Source of the DNA: Pavona decussata
Taxonomy: Eukaryota
Reading direction: 5' to 3'
Assembly: GCA_977016875.1 (NCBI GenBank)
Contig: CDRNST010000104.1
Location: 1,488,001-1,552,000, forward strand
Length of the DNA: 64,000 nucleotides
Below the pieces are notes generated by a model. It saw nothing but the letters and a program-made list of their open reading frames with translations, was not told the DNA's origin and ran no database searches. Position 1 is the first letter of the stretch. Each line of letters opens with the position of its first letter. Made by a program: the position numbers and the translations under genes. Shown one piece after another: positions 49,360 to 60,133 of the stretch.

Positions 49360-52300
49360 TCTTCCTCCAGCAGGTTCAACCTTGGCGGGCAGGTCGAAGG
49401 GTAGAGGCCAGACTAAAGGGTAGTCACTGGTCCTCCAGGTTGGGGGTTGGGCGTGCGGCTAATCCCCGCACCTTATAAAAAATGTCCGATTACGGAAACC
49501 GAAAAGAAGATTGACGAACTCATCCGGGGGTGTCGTCGGGCGACGTGTGAGCTACCCGATGATGGCTTCCTGAGCTGGAATTCTGGTATCGCATGTATGA
49601 CAGATGTGGGGCAAAGCCGCAAGGACCCCCGCAACATGATTAAGTCGCCTGGGACATCCCTTCTGACACCCAAAACTACCCTGAGACTTGGGTGTTGGAA
49701 TGTACGAACACTGTACCAAATAGGAAAAACTGCCAATGTCACAAAGGAATTCAGGACCTACAATCTGGACATACTTGGTCTAAGCGAAGTTCGTTGGACT
49801 GGCTTTGGAGAACTGAAAACAGCAACGGGTGAGAGCATCTTGTACTCGGGAGCAGAAGAGGTGCATCATAGAGGAGTAGGACTCATTCTGAAGAAGGATG
49901 TAAGAAGAACGCTGGTGAAGTGGAACCCTGTCAACGAGAGAATCATGAGCGCACGCTTCAACTCGCGCTTTGCAAAACTCACTGTCATCCAAGTTTACGC
50001 GCCTACCAATGATGCCGAAGAAGAATCTAAGGAAGAATTCTATGACCTGCTGCAGCGGGAGGTAGAAGCAACACCCAGACATGATGTACTGATTATAATG
50101 GGAGACCTGAACGCCAAAATTGGAGGGGACAATGAAGGATGGGAGAAGGTGATGGGTCAACATGGACTTGGAACAATGAACGAGAATGGAGAGAGGTTGG
50201 CAACTTTCTGTGGCAACAATGACTTGGTGATTGGAGGCTCTCTATTCAAGCATAGAGACATTCATAAGATCACATGGACCTCCCCAAATGCAAGAGATCA
50301 GAATCAAATCGACCATATCATCATCAATGGTAGGTACAGAGGTTCGCTGATGGATACCCGAGCAATGAGAGGGGCTGATGCCAACTCGGACCATCACATG
50401 GTGGTGGGAAAGGTTAGGCTAAAGCTATGCAGCACAAAGAAGAAGAGCAAGGAAAGGATCATCTTCGACACCACAAAGCTTCGAGATCCCTGTGTTAAAG
50501 AGGTATTTCGCCTGGAAATAAGCAACCGATTCCAGGTGTTGGCAGCAGATGACATAGAAGATATTGAGGAGAGGTGGGGGCAATTCAAGAAGGTCTACAA
50601 CGAAAGTGCCAGGAAGGTGGTGGGTGAGAAGAGGAGAGTGAAGAATGACTGGATAAGTGGAGAGACCTACAGGAAAATTGAAGAGCGACGACGATTAAAG
50701 GAAAAGATAGGAAGTACAGGGTCTGCCCGCCTAAAGGAAAGAGCTACTACTGCTTATGCAGTGAAGGATAAAGAGGTGAAGGCCAGCGCCCGTGCAGACA
50801 AGCGGAGAAGGCTTAACAACTTAGCAGAAGAAGCTGAAATAGCAGCCAGAAACAACTGCAGCGGTGACCTGTACCAGCTTACTAGAAAGATAGCTGGACA
50901 AGGAAGGAACATGACTACCATCAAAGATAGGGAGGGTAAGCGACTTGTAAATGAAGATGAAGTCTTAGAGCGGTGGAGGGAGCACTTTGAGGGAGTTCTG
51001 AATGTACCACGGCCCGATATACCACTGCCAGAAATGGGCCAAGCACCTGAAGTCATCACAAGCATAGACACTGGAGACATATCAGTTGCTGAGATCAGGA
51101 GAGCTATCCATCGTTTGAAGAATGGCAAGAGTCCGGGAATGGATGCCATCAGTGCTGAGATGCTCAAGTGCTCTGAGAATGATGCTGTGAAACAACTCCA
51201 CTTACTTTTCAACTCCATCTGGAAAGAACAACGTGTACCAGAAGACTGGAAGAAGTCACTCATAGTGAAAGTGCCGAAGAAAGGGGATCTCACTCAGTGT
51301 GATAACTATCGCGGCATATCCTTACTCTCCGTACCAAGTAAAATCTTGTGCAGGATCCTCATTGACAGGGTAAAGAGTGGTGTGGACGAAATGATTAGAC
51401 AGGAACAGGCAGGATTTCGATCTGGAAGGGGAACCTCTGAGCAGATCTTTGCTTTGCGGAACATCCTAGAGCAGTGCCAGGAATGGCAAGCACCCCTGTA
51501 CATTAACTTTGTTGACTTTTCAAAGGCATTTGATTGCATCATCAGAGAGCGACTTTGGGACATTATGGGACAGTATGGCATACTTGACATCTTTATCAGG
51601 ACTTTCAAGGCACTTTACCATCAGAGCTCAAGCTGTGTTATAGAAGGCGGAAGGTACTCCAGCTGGTTTGAAGTGAAGAGTGGCGTGCGACAAGGGTGTG
51701 TGATGTCTGGCTTCATCTTTGTCCTGATCATGGACTGGGTCATGCGGCACACAAACGATAGAAGACGCGGCTTGAGATGGAAGTTTACATCGGTTCTAGA
51801 AGACCTGGACTATGCTGATGATGTTGCTCTTCTCTCAAGCAGATTTGGTGATCTACAGGATAAGACTGACAGGCTAGTAGACATTGCTGGTATTGTGGGA
51901 CTCAAGATCAACCCACACAAAACAAAGACGCTTAGAATGAACCACAAATGCACAGACAACATCAAGGTAGAAGGAGAGGGTGTAGACGACGTGAAATCCT
52001 TTGTATACCTAGGATCGGTGCTAGACAAACATGGTGGCACACAGGCAGACATCAAGAGGCGACTAGCAGTAGCCAGAAATGCATTTACCAGACTACAGAG
52101 CATCTGGAGGTCACAGAGATTCAGCAACAAGACCAAGCTGCGTATCCTGAACTCCAATGTGCTGTCTGTGTTACTGTATGGGGCCGCTATGTGGAGAATA
52201 ACGACAGTTGATCTCAACAAACTTGATGTATTCCACCGCACATGCCTAAGAAGAGTATTAAGGAGATTTTGGCCCTACCATCTGAGCAACGAAGAGCTAT

Positions 52301-52608
52301 ATGAAGCATCAGGGAGCATGCCAGTGTCCACCCTCATACAAGTGAGAAGGTGGCGTTGGATAGGCCACATCTTGAGGAAAAGTCCTAACGACATCTCAAG
52401 GACTGCACTAACGTGGGCACCCGAAGGTAAGAGGAAGCGAGGCCGGCCAAGGGAAACGTGGAGACGAACTGTGGAGAAAGAAAGGAATCAGCTGGGTTGG
52501 CAGTCATGGGAGGCTGCTGTCGCCTCGGCGGCAGACCGGGATGGGTGGCGCAATCTTCTCGCCGGCCTTAAGAGTCCACGTGGGCCCAAAGAGGATAAGT
52601 AAGTAAGT
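49360..52608 (+). mobile_element. RTE-clade LINE, near full length
   Basis: 7-bp TSD ATAGAGA at 49353-49359 and 52609-52615. (TAAG)n tail and a single ORF. Confidence 0.93.
49447..52602 (+). CDS. APE endonuclease + reverse transcriptase (true start probably ATG ~49598)
   Basis: WNVRTL, LSEVRW, GDLNAK, NQIDH, SDH (APE); FVDFSKAFD, GVRQG, LDYADD, YLGS (RT). The ORF is uninterrupted. Confidence 0.95.
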   Translation: MGVRLIPAPYKKCPITETEKKIDELIRGCRRATCELPDDGFLSWNSGIACMTDVGQSRKDPRNMIKSPGTSLLTPKTTLRLGCWNVRTLYQIGKTANVTKEFRTYNLDILGLSEVRWTGFGELKTATGESILYSGAEEVHHRGVGLILKKDVRRTLVKWNPVNERIMSARFNSRFAKLTVIQVYAPTNDAEEESKEEFYDLLQREVEATPRHDVLIIMGDLNAKIGGDNEGWEKVMGQHGLGTMNENGERLATFCGNNDLVIGGSLFKHRDIHKITWTSPNARDQNQIDHIIINGRYRGSLMDTRAMRGADANSDHHMVVGKVRLKLCSTKKKSKERIIFDTTKLRDPCVKEVFRLEISNRFQVLAADDIEDIEERWGQFKKVYNESARKVVGEKRRVKNDWISGETYRKIEERRRLKEKIGSTGSARLKERATTAYAVKDKEVKASARADKRRRLNNLAEEAEIAARNNCSGDLYQLTRKIAGQGRNMTTIKDREGKRLVNEDEVLERWREHFEGVLNVPRPDIPLPEMGQAPEVITSIDTGDISVAEIRRAIHRLKNGKSPGMDAISAEMLKCSENDAVKQLHLLFNSIWKEQRVPEDWKKSLIVKVPKKGDLTQCDNYRGISLLSVPSKILCRILIDRVKSGVDEMIRQEQAGFRSGRGTSEQIFALRNILEQCQEWQAPLYINFVDFSKAFDCIIRERLWDIMGQYGILDIFIRTFKALYHQSSSCVIEGGRYSSWFEVKSGVRQGCVMSGFIFVLIMDWVMRHTNDRRRGLRWKFTSVLEDLDYADDVALLSSRFGDLQDKTDRLVDIAGIVGLKINPHKTKTLRMNHKCTDNIKVEGEGVDDVKSFVYLGSVLDKHGGTQADIKRRLAVARNAFTRLQSIWRSQRFSNKTKLRILNSNVLSVLLYGAAMWRITTVDLNKLDVFHRTCLRRVLRRFWPYHLSNEELYEASGSMPVSTLIQVRRWRWIGHILRKSPNDISRTALTWAPEGKRKRGRPRETWRRTVEKERNQLGWQSWEAAVASAADRDGWRNLLAGLKSPRGPKEDK

Positions 52609-54215
52609 ATAGAGAGCAAGATTACTGAATGCTGATTGGTCGAAACAGAGGGCATTTTTCTTAATGTAATTTTTTCAAAATTACTCACTCCTTATTGGTC
52701 GAGCGGCGAAAATACTTCCTCCTGATTGGCTGAGCGCACCATGCATCTTGTTGGTTTCTTCACTGATTTGTTCCTGGACAATGACTTCTTTCGGGTTCTT
52801 TGTAGTTTGGAGTTTGTGCCAAGAATACTTGGAAATCAAGTGCTACAGCTACAAAGGAAACTCCTAAAGGTGAACTTTCGTTTCTTACAAGAAGCAGCAA
52901 GAGATTATTTGTGTCAAAAGCTAAAAACGTGATCGGATTTGTTTGGTTGGAAAACTGAAAACATTCATGGCCGCTACCAAGTGTTTTCACTTCGCTATGG
53001 CTTCTTCCAATGAACGATAACCGAAGAATAATATTGCCCTTTTGATGGGAGGAAGGAGCAGTTTAAATTCGTGAACGAAATTACTCTGCATGTTCCTTCT
53101 TTGGACCCATGGTTTGCTATTTTTATCGATCTGTAATCTTGTGATTTTCAAGTGGTAGAAAGATTCACAGTGAAGGTGAATCAAAATTATTGATGCCTTA
53201 CATTTGGTTTAATTGTTGTAAGGGTTCTCATGAATTAAACTTGTATTTTCTCTTAATTACATATATAGAACAATCAACTTTTCTCGTTTTGTCTGTTTTG
53301 TACGCTAATACAGTCGAACCTGTATATAACGGCCCTGTATTAAGCGGTCACCCTCTATTAAGCGGCCAGTTTATAAAGTCCCGATTTTTCGCGCATATAA
53401 ACGCTGTATTTGTTACCTGTATTAGGCGGCCACCTCAATTAAGCGGCCGCGGCCGCGGCCACCCTGTAGCAGTCCCATGTTTGTCTTTCTTTGTTATTAT
53501 TACCTGTATTAAGCGGCCACCCTTGAATGGAAAAGCCATATGCACAGTACCATGGATAACAGGAATTGTCGCTGGGAGTGCCGACAGTCAACGACTTGCT
53601 CTGCAAACAAAAGTTTCAAATTCCGAGGTGCCAAAGGAGTCGCTGTAATTCTTACCCTATTCCTATTTTAACTTAAAGAATTTTATTATATATTGTGTTA
53701 CTTTTAATTAGCAACGTTACCGTTATAACTCCACTTCGATCGTAACAACTATGAAATGACGGAATGAGATATTTTGTTGTGAACTGCAAGTCACATAAGT
53801 AAGTGAGTTAGAAATACAGTACTGTACACCGTACAAGAGTAGAGGACAATTTATTGCACAGTGCTTTTACACAGTGTTACGTATATGATACCTTTAAGTT
53901 ACAAGTTGGCACTGAACTTTCTTTAAAGTATTGATCTCTTGAAAGAGTGTTGATTGTCCTATTGTTTCCTCGCATGAAATGTTTTTGTATGATACACCAT
54001 TAACATTGACATTAGACAACGCCCAGTGAGTATTTTTAGTGATCCTGTATTAAGCGGCCACCTGTATTAAGCGGCCAGTTCCTTAAGTCCCGAGGGTGGC
54101 CGTTATATACAGGTTCGACTGTATTTTCAAAGTTTTTGCAAATTGCCCTGGTCACTGTGCGACTCAGGCAATTTGGGAAAACTTTGAAAATATGTGTTAA
54201 AATTAATCCTTAATT
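52609..54215. mobile_element. Non-autonomous element with terminal hairpin (Crypton-like), interrupted by a MITE
   Basis: Palindrome tattttcaaagtttt..caaattgcc / ggcaatttg..aaaactttgaaaata at 54122-54192, and ctgattgg motifs at the other end. Confidence 0.4.
53311..54121. mobile_element. pogo/Tigger-like MITE (811 bp)
   Basis: Perfect 24-bp TIR CAGTCGAACCTGTATATAACGGCC, TA TSD, and multiple internal cctgtattaagcggcc repeats. Confidence 0.92.
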
Positions 54216-55132
54216 TTTGTCGGCCAAAGCGCGATGAGCATCCTCCCCGCCCTGCATTTCATATGGGAGTTCCCCCTGGGTTTCCTGGTAGGGATAGAAC
54301 CTTGCATGCTGGCAAGAAATATTTTAGGATGATCAAACATATAAAGTACAGTAGAACGATACTAATCACAACTCTTTTTACAGCTCCTCCTTTTCATACT
54401 TTCTTTAGGGAATACAAATCAATGTTTTAGCTTTTTCGTCAAAAAAGTTTCATTAAACAGATGGTATTTGATTTCCACAGAGTACACACGTTGGGAATAT
54501 AATCATGCCATGCACAAATTTAATTAAGCATAATAACTTCGCTGTTCTAAGCACCGCTTGACGAAAAATATCGAAACTGGGCTCACAGTGATCAAAACAC
54601 CACGTTTGAGATCTCTTTTTAAAGCTCTCAAAAGACTCTTCGTTCATTGATGTAAATAACAGCTTAAAATATTTTGCAAAGAACTCAAAACCATCAAATG
54701 TCTGCAGTGATTCCACAGAGTTCCTAAGAATTGCAAGAACAAAGAAATATTCTCGCAACTTCGCGGCTCAAGGCTGCTTAATTAGGCTATTGTTCCTGTC
54801 TTTTGAATTCGCTTCAGTGTCTTCCTGCAAAGTTCTCACCTTTTCTCAACCGAGTAAAAACGAACTAATTTGCATCATTCTTCGCGGCTGCCGAAGTGAA
54901 TGCCCAAAGGAATAAAGAGAGCTTTCATGCAACAAAATCCAGCGGAGTCACTCATTTCTCAATGACACACTTAAATCGGCATGAAGTTGTAATGCGAGTA
55001 GGGCCAAATTACTTGAACAGAATACCCAAAATGTGACTGGGAGTTTTCAAAATGGCCAAACAGTGAAACAATTTGGCTGTAAAATGTTAACAAGATGTGC
55101 TAGGTCAAACGTTCTAACTTAAAACATTATAT

Positions 55133-57465
55133 TAAAGCATTGGTGTTCCCTCAACGGCAGAGACAAAAATCAGATCGACCTCCTGATGATCAGCGGCACG
55201 TGGAGGAGATCGCTGCAAGACGTTAGAGTGAGGAGAGGAGCAGATGTTGGCAGTGATCACCACCTTGTCACTGCAACTCTGAAAGTGAAACTGAGAAAGA
55301 ATGGACCTGAGAAACCAAGACAACAACAGTTTGATGTGGAGAAGCTGCGCAATGCCAAAGAAAAAAGCTAAAGAACAAGTTCCAAGCTTTGGCAGATGCT
55401 GAAAACTACACCCAGACAGAGTCAGCCGGAATCGACACCGCGTGGAAGCAAGTAAGATCAGCCTACACACAAACCAGTGAAGCTTCCCTAGGAAGAGGAC
55501 GAAAGAGGAGGAAAGAGTGGATAACAATGGATACCTGGAAAGCCATTGAGAACAGGAGAACCCTTAAGAAGAGAGTGTTGGAGACCAAGTCAGAAAGGCT
55601 GGAAGAGAGGTACAAACAACAGTACAGGGAAGCTGATCAAACAGTGAAAAGAATGGTTGGGGCCAACAAGCGGGCCTACATGGAAGGCCTTGCAAGGGAA
55701 GCAGAAGAGGCCGTGGCCAGAGGAGAACAAGGACGAGTGTACAAAATCACTAAGCTCGTCAGCGGGAAGTACCGGGGATCTACAGACACACCCATCGCAG
55801 ATAAACAGGGACAGATACTAACAACAGAAGCGGAACAAGAGGCGAGATGGGCAGAACATTTCAGCGAAGTTCTAAACAGACCACCACCAATCGCTCCAGC
55901 GGATGTACAGGACCCGGCTAAAGACCTGGATGTAAACATAACGCCACCTGAGAAACAAGAAATTGTGGCAGCCATCAGATCCCTCAAAAACGGAAAGGCC
56001 CCTGGTCAAGACAGCCTCAATGCAGAACTCTTCAAGGCAGACTCAGAGCTTGCAGCGCAAGTTCTTCAGCCACTCTTTACAGCCATCTGGGACGAGAAAC
56101 AACTACCAGAGGATTGGACGGAAGGCGTCATAGTAAAGATCCCGAAAAAGGGAGCCTTGAGCAATTGTAACAACTGGAGAGGAATCACCCTCCTGTCTGT
56201 TCCAAGCAAGATCCTCGCAAAAATCATCATCAAGCGAATTGAAGAGGCAGTGGACCAGCAACTCCGAAAGGAGCAGGCCGGTTTTCGACCAGGAAGAGGG
56301 TGCACAGACCAAATATTTACTCTGCGAAACATCATCAAACAGTGCACAGAATGGCAGAGACAGTTGTACATCAACTTCGTAGACTTTGAAAAGGCCTTTG
56401 ATAGCATCCATCGAGAGAGTCTATGGCGCATTCTCAGGGCATATGGAATACCGCAGGAGATTGTTCTTGTCATCAAGAGTTTCTACAACAACTTCACATG
56501 CAGGGTAGGAAGCAGCGAGACCAGCTTCAGCGTGAAGACCGGTGTTAGACAAGGCTGTTGTATGTCTGCGATGCTCTTCAACTTGACAATTGACTGGGGG
56601 ATGAGGCAGACAACAGCAGACCAAGTGCGAGGCATCAGATGGACCCTCTTGACACAACTTGAAGATTTGGACTTTGCTGACGATCTAGCACTCATGTCGC
56701 ATACCCACCAGCACATGCAGGAGAAGACGTCCCGTCTAAATACCTTTGCACGGCAAGTAGGCTTGAAGATCAGCCAGAAGAAGACGGAGGTAATGATGCT
56801 GAACATATCAAACCCATCACCTGTCACAGTAAATGGAGAAGATCTACCAACGTCCGAAGAATTTACATACCTTGGGAGCACTGTCAGACATGACGGTGGG
56901 GCAGGCAGCGACATCAAGAACCGCCTCAGTAAGGCCAGAAATGCGTTTAGAATGATGAACAACGTTTGGAAGTCATCCCAGTACAGCACCAAGACCAAAC
57001 TAAGACTGTACCAGAGCTGCGTAATCTCCACCCTACTGTACGGCTCGGAATGTTGGAGGATTACAGAGAGCGACCTCAACAAGCTGTCCACCTTCCACAC
57101 GAAAAACCTCAGAAGAATCCTACGTATATTCTGGCCTGAAACCATCTCCAACCAAGAACTTCTTGCTCGCTGCAACCAGGACAGCATGGGGACCATCATT
57201 ATGCGAAGACGATGGAAATGGATCGGACATGTCATGCCACGGGAGGAAGACAACATCACTCGCACAGCCCTTCACTGGACACCAGAGGGGAGACGCAGGC
57301 GAGGACGACCCAAGATCACCTGGCATCGGACTGTGGAAGCAGAACTGAAGACCTTACATCATACCTGGGGAACCATTCAGAGGCTAGCTAGGGACAGACA
57401 GGAGTGGCTTAATTTTGTTGCTGCCCTACATGCCAAGCCAGCATATGGGCATGAGTGAGTGAGTG
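55133..57465 (+). mobile_element. 5'-truncated RTE-clade LINE (second family)
   Basis: 7-bp TSD ATTATAT at 55126-55132 and 57466-57472. Starts in the APE C-terminus (NQID, SDH), with a frame break at ~55370. RT ORF 55389-57458 contains LDFADD. (GTGA)n tail. Confidence 0.92.
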
Positions 57466-57877
57466 ATTATATAGCCTCCTGATGTGGGAGGAAGGAATGG
57501 CAATAGGATATACAATCGTACTAGAGTCATCAATGTTAAATTGAACATTGTTTATTGTTTCTTCATAAGAACAATGCGTACCATTTATCCTTTGATGAAA
57601 CATATTCTTTGAATAGCAGAATAACATATTTGAAGTAAACACAGAGGTTTGAGATGGGTAAACACAACAGATAACGTATCAACGTTCTTGTTTTGTTCCA
57701 AAAAGTTTTGACAACGTAAAGGTCGTCTTGGACTGGCCAAAAAAAAAAAAAAAAAAAAACCCGATATATAACAGATTACTTGAAGGGCATCTTAAGAGAC
57801 CGAGAATAATAAACCATAAATGTTCAAGATAAAGAAACATTAACATTTTTGCTTTCACTCGTACTACTGTTGGGTAT

Positions 57878-59081
57878 TTATAACTCAAACGATGAGCGAG
57901 TTGTGGTCATAGGTAACAGTGATGTTAGCAAGGAACAGGAGGGCTTCACATACTGTGGAATCAGCAGCAGTTGGTAGATCTTCGACCACTTTCTGAAGTA
58001 CTTCATTGAACACTGTAAGGTACAAGCATCTTCCATCTTCTGGATTAACAACGATGGTTGCGTACCGGCGCTTTTCACAATCGCCACTTCTCATGAAATA
58101 GCCACATTTATCACAGTGGACAATGGCAGTTGCTGTTGGCTGTATGACTTTTCTGGAGCACTTAACCCATTCAAGGAAAACTTCAACTTTCTCAATAGAA
58201 TGGATCCTGGGAATATTGATAGTGGTAGCCTTATCTTTTTGATTGTGTTTTACTGCCACAGCCTGGATGTCATCTTTGCTATCAAGTGTAAAAACTGAAG
58301 TGAAGACTGTTGAAGAGTTTTTTCTTGCCCATCCAGTTACAAACCTGAACTGAGGTAACTAAAAACACTTGCCCTTTTTTCACAGTAGATATATTGTTTA
58401 ACCACAAGTCCAGGTCAATAGTTCCTGTGTTATCTGCTACTTTAGCGGTTGCGACTTCAATATTTCTATTGGGTAACGTGGACGGTGTTCCAATGCTCGT
58501 CACCTTAAGACCAGCATTTACAAAGTCACTAATATCTGCATTGGCGATTATATCCTGTACTGAAAGAGGTAGACTGGCCTATTTCAATAAATTGGTCATT
58601 GAATTGGAACATATAGACAGTTGGTTCGGGTACGGATATTTCTGTGATATCATTCACAATGAACTTTTTGGTATCAGATGTATAGCTACATCTTTTCAGT
58701 TTGATAGCTGTATGGGACTTCTCACTGTCGGCGAGAAGGGGCCTTTTGCTCTTGGAATAAAGTAGCCCTTCTTCGATGACTGATGCTGATGTTTGTAACC
58801 TTAACGTTGAATAGTCCATTGTGTCTCTTTTGTTTCTTTTGCTTGGAGAAAGTTGATGGTCATAACCGATGATGGTATCTGCTTTTCTAGGAGAAGTTTT
58901 GGTAGCTGTAGCTGCGTTTGTCGAACCTCGTTTATGAAAAGGGCTGTTAAAGCCAGATTGCACAAGTGGAGTGGTCACTTAAAGTTGGGTTTACTGTCCC
59001 TTCAACTTTCTGAAGTTTCTTGACAGCTTTGTTTTTGGTTGAGTCGTTGGGTATTGAAGCTTTTGCGCCGGGTGTAGGCAT
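57878..59081 (-). pseudogene. RPA70-like multi-OB-fold ssDNA-binding protein with Zn ribbon (Helitron/Helentron-type accessory gene)
   Basis: VADNTGTIDLDLW (OB-fold D-x-TG motif), CSRKV...VHCDKCG, LYLTVF. Intronless and frameshifted across four ORFs. Confidence 0.65.
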
Positions 59082-59689
59082 TGTCACTTGCACGTCAGGT
59101 AACAACTAAGTGAGCGAAATGCATGTGCAACAATTCACAGTGAAATGTGCTTTAGTCATGATTGGCTACGGTAAATTACTCCATAGCCTACCGCCTGAGG
59201 AAACATCAGAAGCCTGATGCCGTTTGATTGGTTGATTTTGATTTCCGACGGCTCGTTTATGCTTATGTTGTGGTTGAACTGTGGTTGGACTTCAATATTT
59301 TCTCTACTTTTCTTGAAAATGTGAGTTTTCTACAAATTGTCAAATAATAACGGATTAGCAATGTAAATAATGCAAATATATATATATTTTTCTTTTTTTG
59401 AAAAATTAATTCATGTTTTAGACAAAGTAGAAGAAGTGCAAATATTTTGTCATAAACAGGGTCAGGGTTTGATAGACTGGGCAGCACATTTCGACTAAGA
59501 CTTGACTTTGCCTCACAAAAGTATGAGGTAGTTGAGTACAGGAGGAATCAAACAAGGAAGGCAAATTTTGGTTATGTCCTTGGGGGAGGCGTCACCATTT
59601 TTTTTTTTTTTTGTTTGTTTGTTTTGAGGACTCAAATGGTATGCAGCTGTTTGTGGCTGCCTCCTATCTTCAAATTTTTTCTTGGGGAA

Positions 59690-60006
59690 AAATCCTTCCA
59701 CAACTGCGTACCGATTATTTAAAGAAAAGTTTCTCATACAGTGGTGCTCAGTTGTGGAACAGTTTGCCAATAGAATTACGGCAAGCAAATTCCTTGAATG
59801 AGTTTAAGACTAAATTGAAACGCCACAGTTATAAGTAAGATTTTTAAACACGGCCTCCATGAAAAGCAGCATTTATTGTTTAGCTTTGTTTTATTATTTT
59901 TAACTTTTTTTAATCCTAGTCAGGTAGATAGATAGTTAGTTGATAATGATAATCTAAGTAGCTGATAGAAAAACCGTGTATAAATAAAGTTATCCTATCC
60001 TATCCT
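59690..60006 (+). mobile_element. CR1/L2 LINE 3' end
   Basis: RTDYLKKSFSYSGAQLWNSLP...FKTKL*, then AATAAA and a (tatcc)n tail. Confidence 0.75.
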
Positions 60007-60133
60007 AGATGAGAGAGTTTACTTCTTATTGATATTCTAATTATGTTCCGTTACCACAATACTTGCATAATGAGTTTTTTTTCTCACCTCAGTTTCTTTA
60101 TAATAACAGAGTTAATAGAATCGCATGTCAGCC

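Noticed and set aside
53190-53648. 152-aa ORF
   Set aside because: It runs across the MITE TIR and its internal repeats, so it is spurious.
49473-57326. Antisense and alternate-frame ORFs over the RTE elements
   Set aside because: They are shadow ORFs of the RT coding frame with no independent motifs.
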